NCBI GenBank assembly: GCA_964619725.1
Contig: CAZUFC010000045.1
Span: 1-59,486, forward strand
Reading direction: 5' to 3'
DNA: 59,486 bases
Source: an uncultured bacterium
GTDB taxonomy: Bacteria; CSSED10-310; CAZUFC01
Shown here: positions 50,118 to 59,486 of the stretch, piece by piece
Layout of the letters: the number at the start of each line of letters is the position of its first letter
Position numbering within the stretch: the stretch's first letter is position 1
Notes under the pieces: model-generated
What the model was told of the DNA's origin: nothing
What the model saw: the letters and a program-made list of their open reading frames with translations, nothing else
Database searches by the model: none
Position numbers and translations under genes: made by a program

Positions 50118-50427
50118 GTATGAATGCTGCAGTGTGCGAAGAGGAACGGAGGATAAAATGAGTTTTATTCTTACGTTTATTCGGCAAATTCCCCAGTTGG
50201 CAGGTCCGTTGATTTAACCGGAAATGAGGAGTTCGTCAAATTGTTGTTTGTCGATTACATGCGAACAGCATATAAACGATGAATAAAAAAATTCTAAGAT
50301 GTCATGAAGTCTCAAACAAGGAACAATTGGATTCCCAGCCGACTTTATCGTTTAATTTTACAGCCGCAAGTATTCAGAATGTCCAGAGAGGCAATAAAAC
50401 GGGAATCATGCAAAAAGGAAAGCAGGA

Positions 50428-51363
50428 ATGAAAGGGAAAGATAAACCCCCAGCAGCCGTCGAAGTGCGGGGAGTATCCCGTTCGTTCGACAAAGTGAAAG
50501 CGCTGGAGGATGTGACTTTTGATGTTCCCGAAGGCAGCCTTTACGGTTTGATCGGCCCGGACGGAGCAGGCAAAACCACGTTGCTCCGTTTACTCTGCGG
50601 ATTGCTGCATCCGGACAAAGGCGATTGTTTTCTCCTGGGACTCCACAGCATCAAGGAAAGAGAGAAAATAAAGGATGCCCTGGGATACATGCCGCAACGA
50701 TTTTCCCTGTATGAGGACCTTTCCGTGGCGGAGAACATGCTCTTTTTTTCGGACTTGTTCGGTGTTCCCCGGAAGGAGAGGAAGAAGCGTTACGATCAGT
50801 TGATGAAATTCAGCCGGCTTGAGCCTTTCCAGGAACGGCGCGCCGGAGCCCTCTCCGGCGGTATGAAGCAGAAACTGGCCCTCTCCTGCATACTGATTCA
50901 CCGGCCGAAGATTATCCTTCTGGATGAACCTACGACCGGAGTGGACCCTCTTTCCCGGAGGGAATTCTGGAACCTGTTGAAATCGCTGGTCGAGGAAGGC
51001 ATTACCATCATAACCTCAACCCCTTACATGGATGAAGCGGCGCTGTGCGATATGACCGCCCTGATTCATAAAGGGAAAATTCTCACAATCAAGCCGCCCG
51101 ATGAAATTCCCTCCATGTTTCCCTATGACCTGTGGGCGATCAATGCGCTATTGAACAAGCGGCAATTGACAGAGATCAGAAGCATGCCGGAAACGCTGGA
51201 TGTTCATCAATTCGGAGACAGCGCTCACATAACGGTCAAAAAGGAAACAGGTTTCGAAAGGCAATTCGATGCCCTGCTGGAGAAGATAGACCTCTCTGAG
51301 GTTCAATATGAAAAAATAGAACCGGGCATTGAAGACGTCTTCATTTATATGATGGGAAAATGA
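50428..51363 (+). CDS. ABC transporter ATP-binding protein (YbhF N-half-like)
   Basis: GPDGAGKTT, LSGGMKQK, LLDEPTTGVDP. Confidence 0.95.
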   Translation: MKGKDKPPAAVEVRGVSRSFDKVKALEDVTFDVPEGSLYGLIGPDGAGKTTLLRLLCGLLHPDKGDCFLLGLHSIKEREKIKDALGYMPQRFSLYEDLSVAENMLFFSDLFGVPRKERKKRYDQLMKFSRLEPFQERRAGALSGGMKQKLALSCILIHRPKIILLDEPTTGVDPLSRREFWNLLKSLVEEGITIITSTPYMDEAALCDMTALIHKGKILTIKPPDEIPSMFPYDLWAINALLNKRQLTEIRSMPETLDVHQFGDSAHITVKKETGFERQFDALLEKIDLSEVQYEKIEPGIEDVFIYMMGK

Positions 51364-51366
51364 ACT

Positions 51367-52140
51367 ATGGAGACAATGAATGAAATATCAGTGAAGACGG
51401 AAGGATTAACAAAGAAATTCGGAGACTTTACGGCCGTGGACAGCGTTTCTTTTCAGGTTCGCAAGGGTGAGATTTTCGGATTCCTGGGTGCCAACGGCGC
51501 AGGCAAAACCACCTGCATCCGGATGCTCTGCGGAATACTCATGCCCACTTCCGGAAAAGGATGGGTGGAAGATATCGATATTGTCAGGCATCCTAAAAAA
51601 GTAAAAAACGTAATCGGTTACATGTCTCAGAAGTTTTCGCTGTACCTTGACCTGACCGTTGAGGAGAATCTGCGGTTCTATGGAGGCATATACGGATTAA
51701 AGGGAAAAAAGTTGCGCGGCAGGATGGAGGAAATGATTGAAATGGTTGATTTAAAGACGCAGAGGAAAACCATAACGGGAAGCCTGCCCTTGGGCTGGAA
51801 ACAGAAACTGGCTTTTGCATGCTCCATCATTCACTCGCCGCAGGCGCTTTTTCTGGACGAGCCTACCAGCGGTGTCGACCCGATATCCCGAAGAATTTTC
51901 TGGGATATGATCCATGAAACCGCAGAAAGAGGCGCTTCAGTTTTCGTGACGACTCATTACATGGATGAAGCGGAATACTGTAACAGGCTGTCCATTATGC
52001 ACCAGGGCAGGATCATCGCTATGGACGCTCCAGGCTCCCTGAAAGACCAATACGACGAAAAAAGAATGGAGGACGTATTCATCAGGCTGATCGAGCAGGA
52101 AATAAGAAACAACCGTAAGACCGAAGAAAAGAATGTGTAG
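51367..52140 (+). CDS. ABC transporter ATP-binding protein (YbhF C-half-like)
   Basis: GANGAGKTT, LPLGWKQK, FLDEPTSGVDP, TTHYMDEAE. Confidence 0.95.
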   Translation: METMNEISVKTEGLTKKFGDFTAVDSVSFQVRKGEIFGFLGANGAGKTTCIRMLCGILMPTSGKGWVEDIDIVRHPKKVKNVIGYMSQKFSLYLDLTVEENLRFYGGIYGLKGKKLRGRMEEMIEMVDLKTQRKTITGSLPLGWKQKLAFACSIIHSPQALFLDEPTSGVDPISRRIFWDMIHETAERGASVFVTTHYMDEAEYCNRLSIMHQGRIIAMDAPGSLKDQYDEKRMEDVFIRLIEQEIRNNRKTEEKNV

Positions 52141-52149
52141 GATGATGCA

Positions 52150-53259
52150 ATGAGAAAGTCGCGCATACCGGCCATGACGAAAAAAGAGTTCCGTCATATC
52201 TGGCGGGACCCCCGAAGTCTCAGCATAATAATTTTATTGCCGGTTTTAATGCTTATACTTTACGGTTATGCCATCGATCTGGATATCGACGACATTGCCC
52301 TGGGCGTCCTCGACACGGACAAATCGAATGAAACCCGGGAATTGATCTCTGCATTCGAGGCTTCCGGGTATTTTACGGTTGAAGCTTATCCGCAGAATCG
52401 GGAACAAATCGAACCCCTGATAAGAGCGCGACAGGTTCGGACGGTTTTAGTTTTTCCCCGGGATTTTTCAGAAAAATTAAACAGCGGAAAAAAAGCGGAA
52501 ATCCAGATCATCATCGACGGCAGCGATTCCAATGCCGCCACCATCATCAGGCAATACTCGGAATCCATCATAAACACTTATGTTATGACCGGACGCCAAT
52601 CGCCTTTCACCGACCTTTTCGACATTAGAACAAGAGTCTTCTTCAATCCGAACCTCGAAAGCAGCATGTTCTACGTCCCAGGATTGATCGCAGTCATCCT
52701 CATGATGATCTCTGCGCTTCTGACTTCCATCACCATAGCCAGGGAAAGAGAAAGCGGCACTCTGGAGCAGATACTCGTCTGCCCTCTCAAACCTTACGAA
52801 ATGATAATCGGCAAAGTCATACCCTACGTTTTCCTGGCTTTCCTGGACGGACTCATCATCCTGGCCCTCGGCAGAATCCTCTTCGGCGTTCAGGTCAAAG
52901 GCAGTCTGCTCCTGCTGAACGCAACCATGATTCTCTATATCTTCGCAGCCCTGGGAATAGGTCTCCTCATCTCCACCATCGCGAAAACTCAACAGGTCGC
53001 CATGATGCTCTCGGCCGTTTCCACCATTCTCCCCTCCATTCTGCTCTCGGGCTTCATCTTCCCCATTTCCTCCATGCCGAAGCTCCTGCAGGCCATTACT
53101 CACATAATACCGGCACGCTATTTCGTCGTTATAATCAGGGGAATTATCTTAAAAGGCACAGGTCCGGCCTTTATCTGGCGCCAATGCCTGTTCCTTTTTG
53201 TTTTCGGCATACTGCTCGTTCTTTTAAGCACGCGTAAATTCAGCTCAACATTGGATTGA
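52150..53259 (+). CDS. ABC-2 permease (YbhS-like)
   Basis: KEFRHIWRDP, FNPNL, ARERESGTLEQ, LSGFIFPISSMP. Confidence 0.93.
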   Translation: MRKSRIPAMTKKEFRHIWRDPRSLSIIILLPVLMLILYGYAIDLDIDDIALGVLDTDKSNETRELISAFEASGYFTVEAYPQNREQIEPLIRARQVRTVLVFPRDFSEKLNSGKKAEIQIIIDGSDSNAATIIRQYSESIINTYVMTGRQSPFTDLFDIRTRVFFNPNLESSMFYVPGLIAVILMMISALLTSITIARERESGTLEQILVCPLKPYEMIIGKVIPYVFLAFLDGLIILALGRILFGVQVKGSLLLLNATMILYIFAALGIGLLISTIAKTQQVAMMLSAVSTILPSILLSGFIFPISSMPKLLQAITHIIPARYFVVIIRGIILKGTGPAFIWRQCLFLFVFGILLVLLSTRKFSSTLD

Positions 53260-54392
53260 AAATGAGAAAAATACTGCACATCATCAGAAAAGAATTCATC
53301 CAGGTTTTTCGCGATCCGCCGACAGTCGCTATCATCTTCATCATCCCTATCGTGCAGCTTCTCGTTCTGGGCTACGCCATCACCGTCGACGTCAAAAACA
53401 TCAATATGGTCATCGTCGATATGGATAATTCCTCGTTGAGCCGCAGCCTTCAGCAGAAAATGAGGGTATCAGGTTATTTTCACGTTCAGTCGGTCGACCG
53501 GACGTTGAATGAAGTGCAAAATTATTTTAAAGAGGGAACCGCTTCCGTGATTCTGAGCATTCCGCCGGATTTCAAAAACAATATTATGACAGGTAGGCCC
53601 GAACCCGTTCAGATAATCCTGGACGGCTCAGACGCCAATACATCACGGATCGCTATGGGTTACGTTTCCGGTATTCTCATGAATTTCTTCCGGTCGGAAA
53701 TCGCGGGTTCGACCCAGGGTATTGAACTGGCCTCCCTCATGCAATTAAGAAACATCGAGCACAAAACCAGGGTCTGGTATAATCCCAATCTGGAAAGTAA
53801 AAATTTCATGATTCCCGGGATAGTAGTCATCTTGCTCACCATGATAACAACAATTTTGACGGGGTTGGGCCTGGTGAGAGAAAAAGAACGGGGAACGCTG
53901 GAACAGATAATGGTTTCTCCAGTCCGCGCCCATCACCTGATAATCGGCAAAACCATTCCTTTCGCTGTCCTGGGCTTCGCCCTGACGACACTCGCCATGA
54001 CCTTCGGCAAACTCTGGTTCAAAATTCCCATCGCCGGCTCACTCCTCCTTTTCTACGGCTTCGCCTGCGTTTTCCTCCTAACCTCCCTGGGACTGGGCAT
54101 ACTAGTTTCAACCGTATCGAAAACACAGCAGCAGGCCCTCTTCTTCATATGGTTCATAAACATCTTCGCCATAATAATGTCCGGCTTCTTCATTCCCGTA
54201 GAAAATATGCCGCCTGTTCTCCAGTTCATAGCTCATCTCAATCCCGTCCTCTACTTCATGCGCATTGTCAGAGAAATTTTCCTCAAAGGCAGCACATTTC
54301 AATACCTGTGGAAAGACGGACTCATCCTCCTGGGTTTCGGAGCCCTGATCTTTTCTACTGCTGTCGTTAAATTCAAAGAACGCATCAGTTGA
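53256..54392 (+). CDS. ABC-2 permease (YbhR-like)
   Basis: KEFIQVFRDP, YNPNL, VREKERGTLEQ, MSGFFIPVENMP. Confidence 0.93.
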   Translation: MKMRKILHIIRKEFIQVFRDPPTVAIIFIIPIVQLLVLGYAITVDVKNINMVIVDMDNSSLSRSLQQKMRVSGYFHVQSVDRTLNEVQNYFKEGTASVILSIPPDFKNNIMTGRPEPVQIILDGSDANTSRIAMGYVSGILMNFFRSEIAGSTQGIELASLMQLRNIEHKTRVWYNPNLESKNFMIPGIVVILLTMITTILTGLGLVREKERGTLEQIMVSPVRAHHLIIGKTIPFAVLGFALTTLAMTFGKLWFKIPIAGSLLLFYGFACVFLLTSLGLGILVSTVSKTQQQALFFIWFINIFAIIMSGFFIPVENMPPVLQFIAHLNPVLYFMRIVREIFLKGSTFQYLWKDGLILLGFGALIFSTAVVKFKERIS

Positions 54393-54552
54393 TGGGGAAA
54401 CATGACGCGACTCCGCTTATCAGCGGCAATTGACGGAGCTTTTCAGCAAGTTCCGTGATAAGACAAGCCAGAACGGTTCAATTGAAAAAGGTTACGAAAT
54501 TTTATAGAATTTATCCTGCGGTGAAGTTGAGAACCATCGGTCGTCTGCAGTA

Positions 54553-54831
54553 ATGAAACGAATAAGAACATTAATAAGGCAATTCAAGATTGAGATCGAT
54601 GTATACCGTCGCGTTGTGGCGGACCCCCGAACCCCGCGTCGAAGCCGTCTGCTTCTCGGAGCGGCAATAGCGTATGCAATTTCGCCGATCGATATCATTC
54701 CCGACTTCATTCCGGTGATCGGTCATCTGGACGATGCGATCGTCCTGCCCGCGGTCATCTGGCTTGCCCTGCGGTCTATACCGCAAGGGTTGCTCGAAGA
54801 GCACAGGTCAAAGGCGAGAGAAGCAGCTTGA
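54553..54831 (+). CDS. YkvA/DUF1232 family small membrane protein
   Basis: DPRTP...YAISPIDIIPDFIPVIGHLDD. Confidence 0.92.
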   Translation: MKRIRTLIRQFKIEIDVYRRVVADPRTPRRSRLLLGAAIAYAISPIDIIPDFIPVIGHLDDAIVLPAVIWLALRSIPQGLLEEHRSKAREAA

Positions 54832-55099
54832 ACCGCACCGGGTAAAACCTCATGTTCAATTTCCAGGACGGCAATGATCGACTAATGGCCCGGATGCCGG
54901 CAATTGACAGGAAACCAGACGTTGACTTCACTTCAGGCTGATAATATATAAATATATAGAAGCGCTTGCTCAGGAACCGGGCGTTGCAGACACATTGATC
55001 GCTCCTCAGATATCGGAAGTTAGATTTCGAAAGGAATCGGCTGCAACTCGATAACATTTTGTTTATCTTGATTTCGGAGATGCACAAAGGAGGAACCGT

Positions 55100-55540
55100 A
55101 TGAACAGGAAGACAGGTTTTGTTTTTACTTTATTATTATGCCTTCTTGTGTCAGCAGCCGGAATAGTTGCGGATGAAACCGTTCCCTTTCCCTTCTGGCA
55201 GCATGGCTGGGGCTGTACCACCTTCTGGTCCCTGGCGAATTACGGCGGATCGGGAACGGCATACGCTGATTTGCGGCTTTTTAATCTTGATGGTGAGCTT
55301 GTCGCTTATACTTTCGGAGGAGCCGTTCCTCCAGGACAGGCGTGGATGCCTGACACGGCTCTCTGGGGCGGCTCCTGGTATTCTGCGGGAAATAATGTCG
55401 GATTCGGAATAATAGAAATTGAACACAATGAAAACTCGGTCTATTTATGGGGCTGCATCTACGGCGCTCTAGACCCCGCAGGACAGGCCGGATACACCAT
55501 CGTGTTTCCTCAGAATCCCTACGGCATGCCGGATGAATGA
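55100..55540 (+). CDS. Secreted hypothetical protein
   Basis: RBS AAGGAGG; signal peptide; aromatic-rich beta domain. Confidence 0.7.
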   Translation: MNRKTGFVFTLLLCLLVSAAGIVADETVPFPFWQHGWGCTTFWSLANYGGSGTAYADLRLFNLDGELVAYTFGGAVPPGQAWMPDTALWGGSWYSAGNNVGFGIIEIEHNENSVYLWGCIYGALDPAGQAGYTIVFPQNPYGMPDE

Positions 55541-55780
55541 TCGATGAATATTTCCATACTGAAAAATGGAATCTGTCCGTCTTCAATATTTTCCAGATGC
55601 CCTATCTCTCTGCCGTCTATGCTATTTATGCGTCAACAAATCCGGCATCTCGACAACCTTCAGCGCCGGCATTCTGAAAGGCGGCAATAATACTTCCTGC
55701 ATCGAACATTACTGCTCTTATCTGTCCATAAGGGAATATCCCAAAATGAATTTGAGTGAGAAGCATCAAGCGTTTCACTC

Positions 55781-58700
55781 TCATTTATCTCTCCCTCTCC
55801 CTCTCCATGCAGTCATGAGGCCGCCCAGAACAAGGACAGACAGAGCCAGCGTCAAAGAGCCGCTTGAGGGTATGGTAGGAGGATTTTCGATATGGTAATG
55901 GAATCCTATATCCACTGGACCGTAATCAGGAATTTCATCGGTTTGAGTGGTGAGTTCATTCAGGCAGATTCCATCCCAGGCGCTTTGGAAACAGACCTCT
56001 TCAGAAGGTCCGCAGCCTTCATCGATGCAAGGACTGCCAGGATGCAGATAATACTCTCCAAAAGGTCCTGTTGCAAATATTGGGTCTGTGTTTATGTTCC
56101 CCTCGCCTGGATAAACTCCTGTAGGCGACTGTATGTCTGAACATGTTACCAGGGCTTCTTCGCATGCCGTAATTTGAGATGCTATGTTTTCCCACAAAAT
56201 GCAATTTTGAATCGTTGGTTTGGAGCCTGAATGACAATAGAATCCTCCGCCTTCATCTGCAGCATTTCCTGAAATGGTGCAATTTATGAAAGCAGGTTCG
56301 GATAATGAACCTGTGTAAACGGCGCCGCCCTGAAGTACGGCGTCGTTTGCTAAAAACAAACAATTAACTATGTCAGGATCGGAGGAATTGGTTAATATTA
56401 TGCCGCCGCCCATAAGGGCAGTGTTTTCTGTGATAGAGCAATCTTCAATAATTGGCGACGCTCCAAAGCAGTATATTCCGCCGCCGTCATAATTAGTAAA
56501 ATTGTTGGTTATACGGCAATTCCTGATGACTGGAGAAGAATTCATGCAAATAATTCCGCCGCCGTGCTCATCGACGATATATCCATTTTGAATGGTAATG
56601 CCGTCGACTATTGAGTTTTCTCCTTCGTTGCTTTGAAAGAGGAATCCCCTGTAATTATTAGTCGGAGAGCCTTCACAGTTGATGATAGTCATTTCCGGGC
56701 CGTTTTCAGAAAGTAGCGTTATCGATTTGCCGCCGAAATTCAAATTTTTGTTACCCTCACCGGCATAAATCCCATCCGCGATCATTACTATATAACCGTC
56801 AACAGCTTCGTCAATCGCTTCCTGTATTGAATCAAACGGATGTTGTGGAGAACCGTTCTCATCAGGATCGCTGACGTCAGTGTCTCCCGGTCCGGGATCA
56901 TTGGGCGCATCATCGTCGACGTAAATGAACTCTGGAATGCAACTGATCGGAACATCAGCGCTGAAATCAGGATCATTCATTAATATAGCCGTGTGACCGT
57001 TTCCAGTGATGTCAGGAACTTCCGTCCCATTTCCACGGTCGAAACGCCAATAGGCGATGGTTGAGCCATCCACAACCGGACAGCTCATAGAACAGGTTTC
57101 ACCGGTATAGCGAGCCGTATCGGAAATGGCGATTTCATCAATCAGACCATCCAGATTCTGATAAAATCCAGTCCATTGAACACCCATGTACAAATAGCCC
57201 GAAGTTTTAGGCTCATAGGCAACGCTGTTATCATTTACATCCGTCCTTACGCTGTCTATGTAAAGACTGACCTGAGCGCCTGATTTGACCGCAGCCACAT
57301 GATGCCACGTTTCGGCGGAATCGATTGTCCCGGTTGCAACATGCGAGTAATGATAAGCCTCGCCGCCATGATAAAAGAATTCAACCGTATCGTAATGGCA
57401 ATTCAATGACCAGCCGCAATAGCCGGTATCGACAAATTGCACCATTGACTGGATATCGGTATCCAGACTTGAAAAATTGAACCATCCCTCAACCGTAAAA
57501 TCATCGTAAGCATTAAAATCGTCATCGTAATCAACTCTTACACACTGTTCCAATGCCGAATCCAACTGCAAACTCATAGGCTCCCATACCGGAAAAGGCG
57601 TAGACGTAGGAACCGAACTTCCCGTTGGAGTGGATGTCGGCGTTGCCGTAGGACTGGTAGGACTGTTTGTGGGCGACTGAGTATAAAACGTTTGCGTTGA
57701 TGTAGGAGACGACGTTTGTGTCGGAGGCTGCGTCGGCGTTTGACTCGGAGTTGATGTGCAATATGTGCCTGTTGGGGATGAAGTTGGTGAATATGTCGGC
57801 GGCAAGGTAGACGACGGCGTTCGTGTCGGTGTTTCGGTAATAGTGCTTGTCGCCGTTAGTGAAAATGTCGAAGTCGGCGTCCTTGTACTTGTAAAAGTCG
57901 GCGTACTTGATGATGTCGGCTGAGTGTTCGTTGCACTTGGCGACTGGGTTGGGGTGCGAGTCCTTGTAGGCGTTACGGAGGGAGTGCGAGTTCTGGTCGG
58001 CGTATTTGTTGGAGTATAAGTCGAAGCTGAGACGACATCAAAATTCGCCATCCCGAAATTGAGATCGTTGGCATGTCCGCTCCAGGCGATTTTGAATGTT
58101 CCATAACCGAAAGGTCCGGCATTAGCTCCCCAACTGTTTTTACATATCCAGTAGTTTTCGATGTTGTCATAACCGATTATCTCTACGGCATGCCCACCTT
58201 TTTTCTCACCTGATGACTGAACATAAACGCCGTCGGTCCAGGGGGGCGTTCCAAGCGGACTGTTAAAATAGGTTATGAAGTCAGTATAATAATCAAAACG
58301 AAAATAACCTGGTCCTTCATTAAAGATAGAAATGATAACCTGATTGGGGTCTGATGCGTCAATAGTGTGAAAATTTGTCGTATGGTATTCGAATTCCATG
58401 CAGCTATAATCGCAGGGAATATTGGAATAGTATTGATGATATTGATACGGGCAAGAAGTATCAGAATCGCCGTAAGGAAAGCATGGATCCGATACAGGTT
58501 TGTGAGTTTCATACCATTGTATTGCTTGAGCTGTGCCCCCGCAACAACCGTATTGAGACGTGTCGCAGGATACCAGCAATTGTTCGCTCAAATCGAAAAT
58601 CCATCCGTCATACATGATTATGTGTGATTCCAGCGCCGCATTCGTAGCGAAAGCCCAGCACGATCCGCATGACCCCTGATCCTCTGCAGCCGTGACTACT

Positions 58701-58933
58701 CCAAAATCCATCCAGTTAAAATATCCTTTAGCAAAATCTCCCTTTAAAGTTTTCAGGAAAGCATTGTAGGTTTTCGTATCAAGCGGAATATCCCCTGTTC
58801 CCCGAATAAATGAATTTTCCTCTGCATACGCTATATTTCTTGCATCAAACGCGTTTTGTGCGAAAATGTAAGTAATTACTGCAAAACAACATGACATGTA
58901 CCGCATCATCTTCGAACATTTCATGACTTTCAT
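55781..58933 (-). CDS. Modular surface protein: papain-family (C1A) protease + Pro/Thr/Ser linker + LamG + right-handed beta-helix + IPTL-CTERM-like anchor
   Basis: QGSCGSCWAF, LSEQ, GGHAVEIIGY, KNSWG; FTVEGW..WHHVA..GLIDEIAIS (LamG); N.A..GGGI repeats; IPSSGSLTLALSVLVLGGLMTAWRGR. Confidence 0.92.
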   Translation of the reverse strand: MKVMKCSKMMRYMSCCFAVITYIFAQNAFDARNIAYAEENSFIRGTGDIPLDTKTYNAFLKTLKGDFAKGYFNWMDFGVVTAAEDQGSCGSCWAFATNAALESHIIMYDGWIFDLSEQLLVSCDTSQYGCCGGTAQAIQWYETHKPVSDPCFPYGDSDTSCPYQYHQYYSNIPCDYSCMEFEYHTTNFHTIDASDPNQVIISIFNEGPGYFRFDYYTDFITYFNSPLGTPPWTDGVYVQSSGEKKGGHAVEIIGYDNIENYWICKNSWGANAGPFGYGTFKIAWSGHANDLNFGMANFDVVSASTYTPTNTPTRTRTPSVTPTRTRTPTQSPSATNTQPTSSSTPTFTSTRTPTSTFSLTATSTITETPTRTPSSTLPPTYSPTSSPTGTYCTSTPSQTPTQPPTQTSSPTSTQTFYTQSPTNSPTSPTATPTSTPTGSSVPTSTPFPVWEPMSLQLDSALEQCVRVDYDDDFNAYDDFTVEGWFNFSSLDTDIQSMVQFVDTGYCGWSLNCHYDTVEFFYHGGEAYHYSHVATGTIDSAETWHHVAAVKSGAQVSLYIDSVRTDVNDNSVAYEPKTSGYLYMGVQWTGFYQNLDGLIDEIAISDTARYTGETCSMSCPVVDGSTIAYWRFDRGNGTEVPDITGNGHTAILMNDPDFSADVPISCIPEFIYVDDDAPNDPGPGDTDVSDPDENGSPQHPFDSIQEAIDEAVDGYIVMIADGIYAGEGNKNLNFGGKSITLLSENGPEMTIINCEGSPTNNYRGFLFQSNEGENSIVDGITIQNGYIVDEHGGGIICMNSSPVIRNCRITNNFTNYDGGGIYCFGASPIIEDCSITENTALMGGGIILTNSSDPDIVNCLFLANDAVLQGGAVYTGSLSEPAFINCTISGNAADEGGGFYCHSGSKPTIQNCILWENIASQITACEEALVTCSDIQSPTGVYPGEGNINTDPIFATGPFGEYYLHPGSPCIDEGCGPSEEVCFQSAWDGICLNELTTQTDEIPDYGPVDIGFHYHIENPPTIPSSGSLTLALSVLVLGGLMTAWRGRGRDK

Positions 58934-59303
58934 TCTCCTTTCACAAATGTTCTGAAATTAATCGACCTCCTTATCAAATTTTCAATTCAACAATCAATAA
59001 ATCAGCAAACAGCTTCTCAAAAAAACCAATCAACAATCATGCCGGCCAGTAATTTTTTTGAAATGTATGATTATACAAGAATTTAGAAAGACTGAGCTGG
59101 TGACTGAATAAAGTAAAATATGACCAAAAGGTAATAAATTCCCGAAAGGTCATGACCTTAAGGGCAGAGTTGCTTTTTTGATCAAAGCCCGATTTTTTGA
59201 TAAAAGAAACCGTCGCCGGCGTTTGATCAGTCCCGATAAAAAGATGCCGGAAATGAAAAGCTGAGATTAATATCAAAAAAAAAGTCAATATTGAAATTTT
59301 TCC

Positions 59304-59331
59304 TTGATTTTTTTTTCACAGCAGGTATAAC
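59304..59331 (+). promoter_or_regulatory. Probable tRNA promoter
   Basis: TTGATT-16bp-TATAAC upstream of the tRNA. Confidence 0.45.
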
Positions 59332-59362
59332 AGAGTGACGCTGATTGAATTCAGCGTCGTTA

Positions 59363-59435
59363 TCCCCGGTAGCTCAATCGGTAGAGCGGGTGGCTGTTAA
59401 CCACTAGGTTCGCGGTTCAAATCCGTGCCGGGGAG
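59363..59435 (+). tRNA. tRNA-Asn(GTT), CCA not encoded
   Basis: Acceptor TCCCCGG/CCGGGGA, D-arm AGCTCAATCGGTAGAGC, anticodon loop CTGTTAA, T-loop GGTTCAAATCC, discriminator G. Confidence 0.97.
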
Positions 59436-59486
59436 CAAGAATGACATCCGCTGAATACAGCGGTTCTTATTTAAAGCAAGACCCTG

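Noticed and set aside
59363-59486. tRNA-Asn as an integration site
   Set aside because: No duplicated tRNA 3' end or integrase within the window; the downstream sequence is cut off. Lack of encoded CCA is common

Overview
Bacterial chromosomal window, probably from a poorly characterised lineage rich in secreted surface proteins; taxonomy is not assignable from this window alone. It runs from the 3' end of an rRNA operon (23S with an extra ~35-nt hairpin, then 5S) to tRNA-Asn. Housekeeping and accessory genes include an exported Ni-SOD, MBL and SGNH hydrolases, a GT-C-like membrane protein, a GH161-like glucan phosphorylase, a putative nucleotidyltransferase toxin-antitoxin pair, an ATP-grasp ligase, purF, a TetR/TolC/HlyD/ABC-2 efflux operon and a modular papain-family protease. 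The standout is a ~23 kb pair of divergent operons (10216-33598). The left arm encodes a Sec-exported RHS/YD protein whose post-DPxG C-terminus is 32 tandem x-x-[S/T]-x-C units (33 Cys in 177 aa) rather than a recognisable toxin. No immunity gene follows it; instead come two large paralogous membrane proteins and a CcmH-like protein. The right arm encodes an exported ChrB-domain protein, a 3005-aa dockerin/NHL/17xPKD/FlgD protein, a TolB-like propeller, a FlgD-Ig protein and a cohesin with an IPTL-CTERM-like anchor. Together these look like an undescribed surface-anchored RHS cargo system. All family calls come from motif recognition by eye; no database searches were run.
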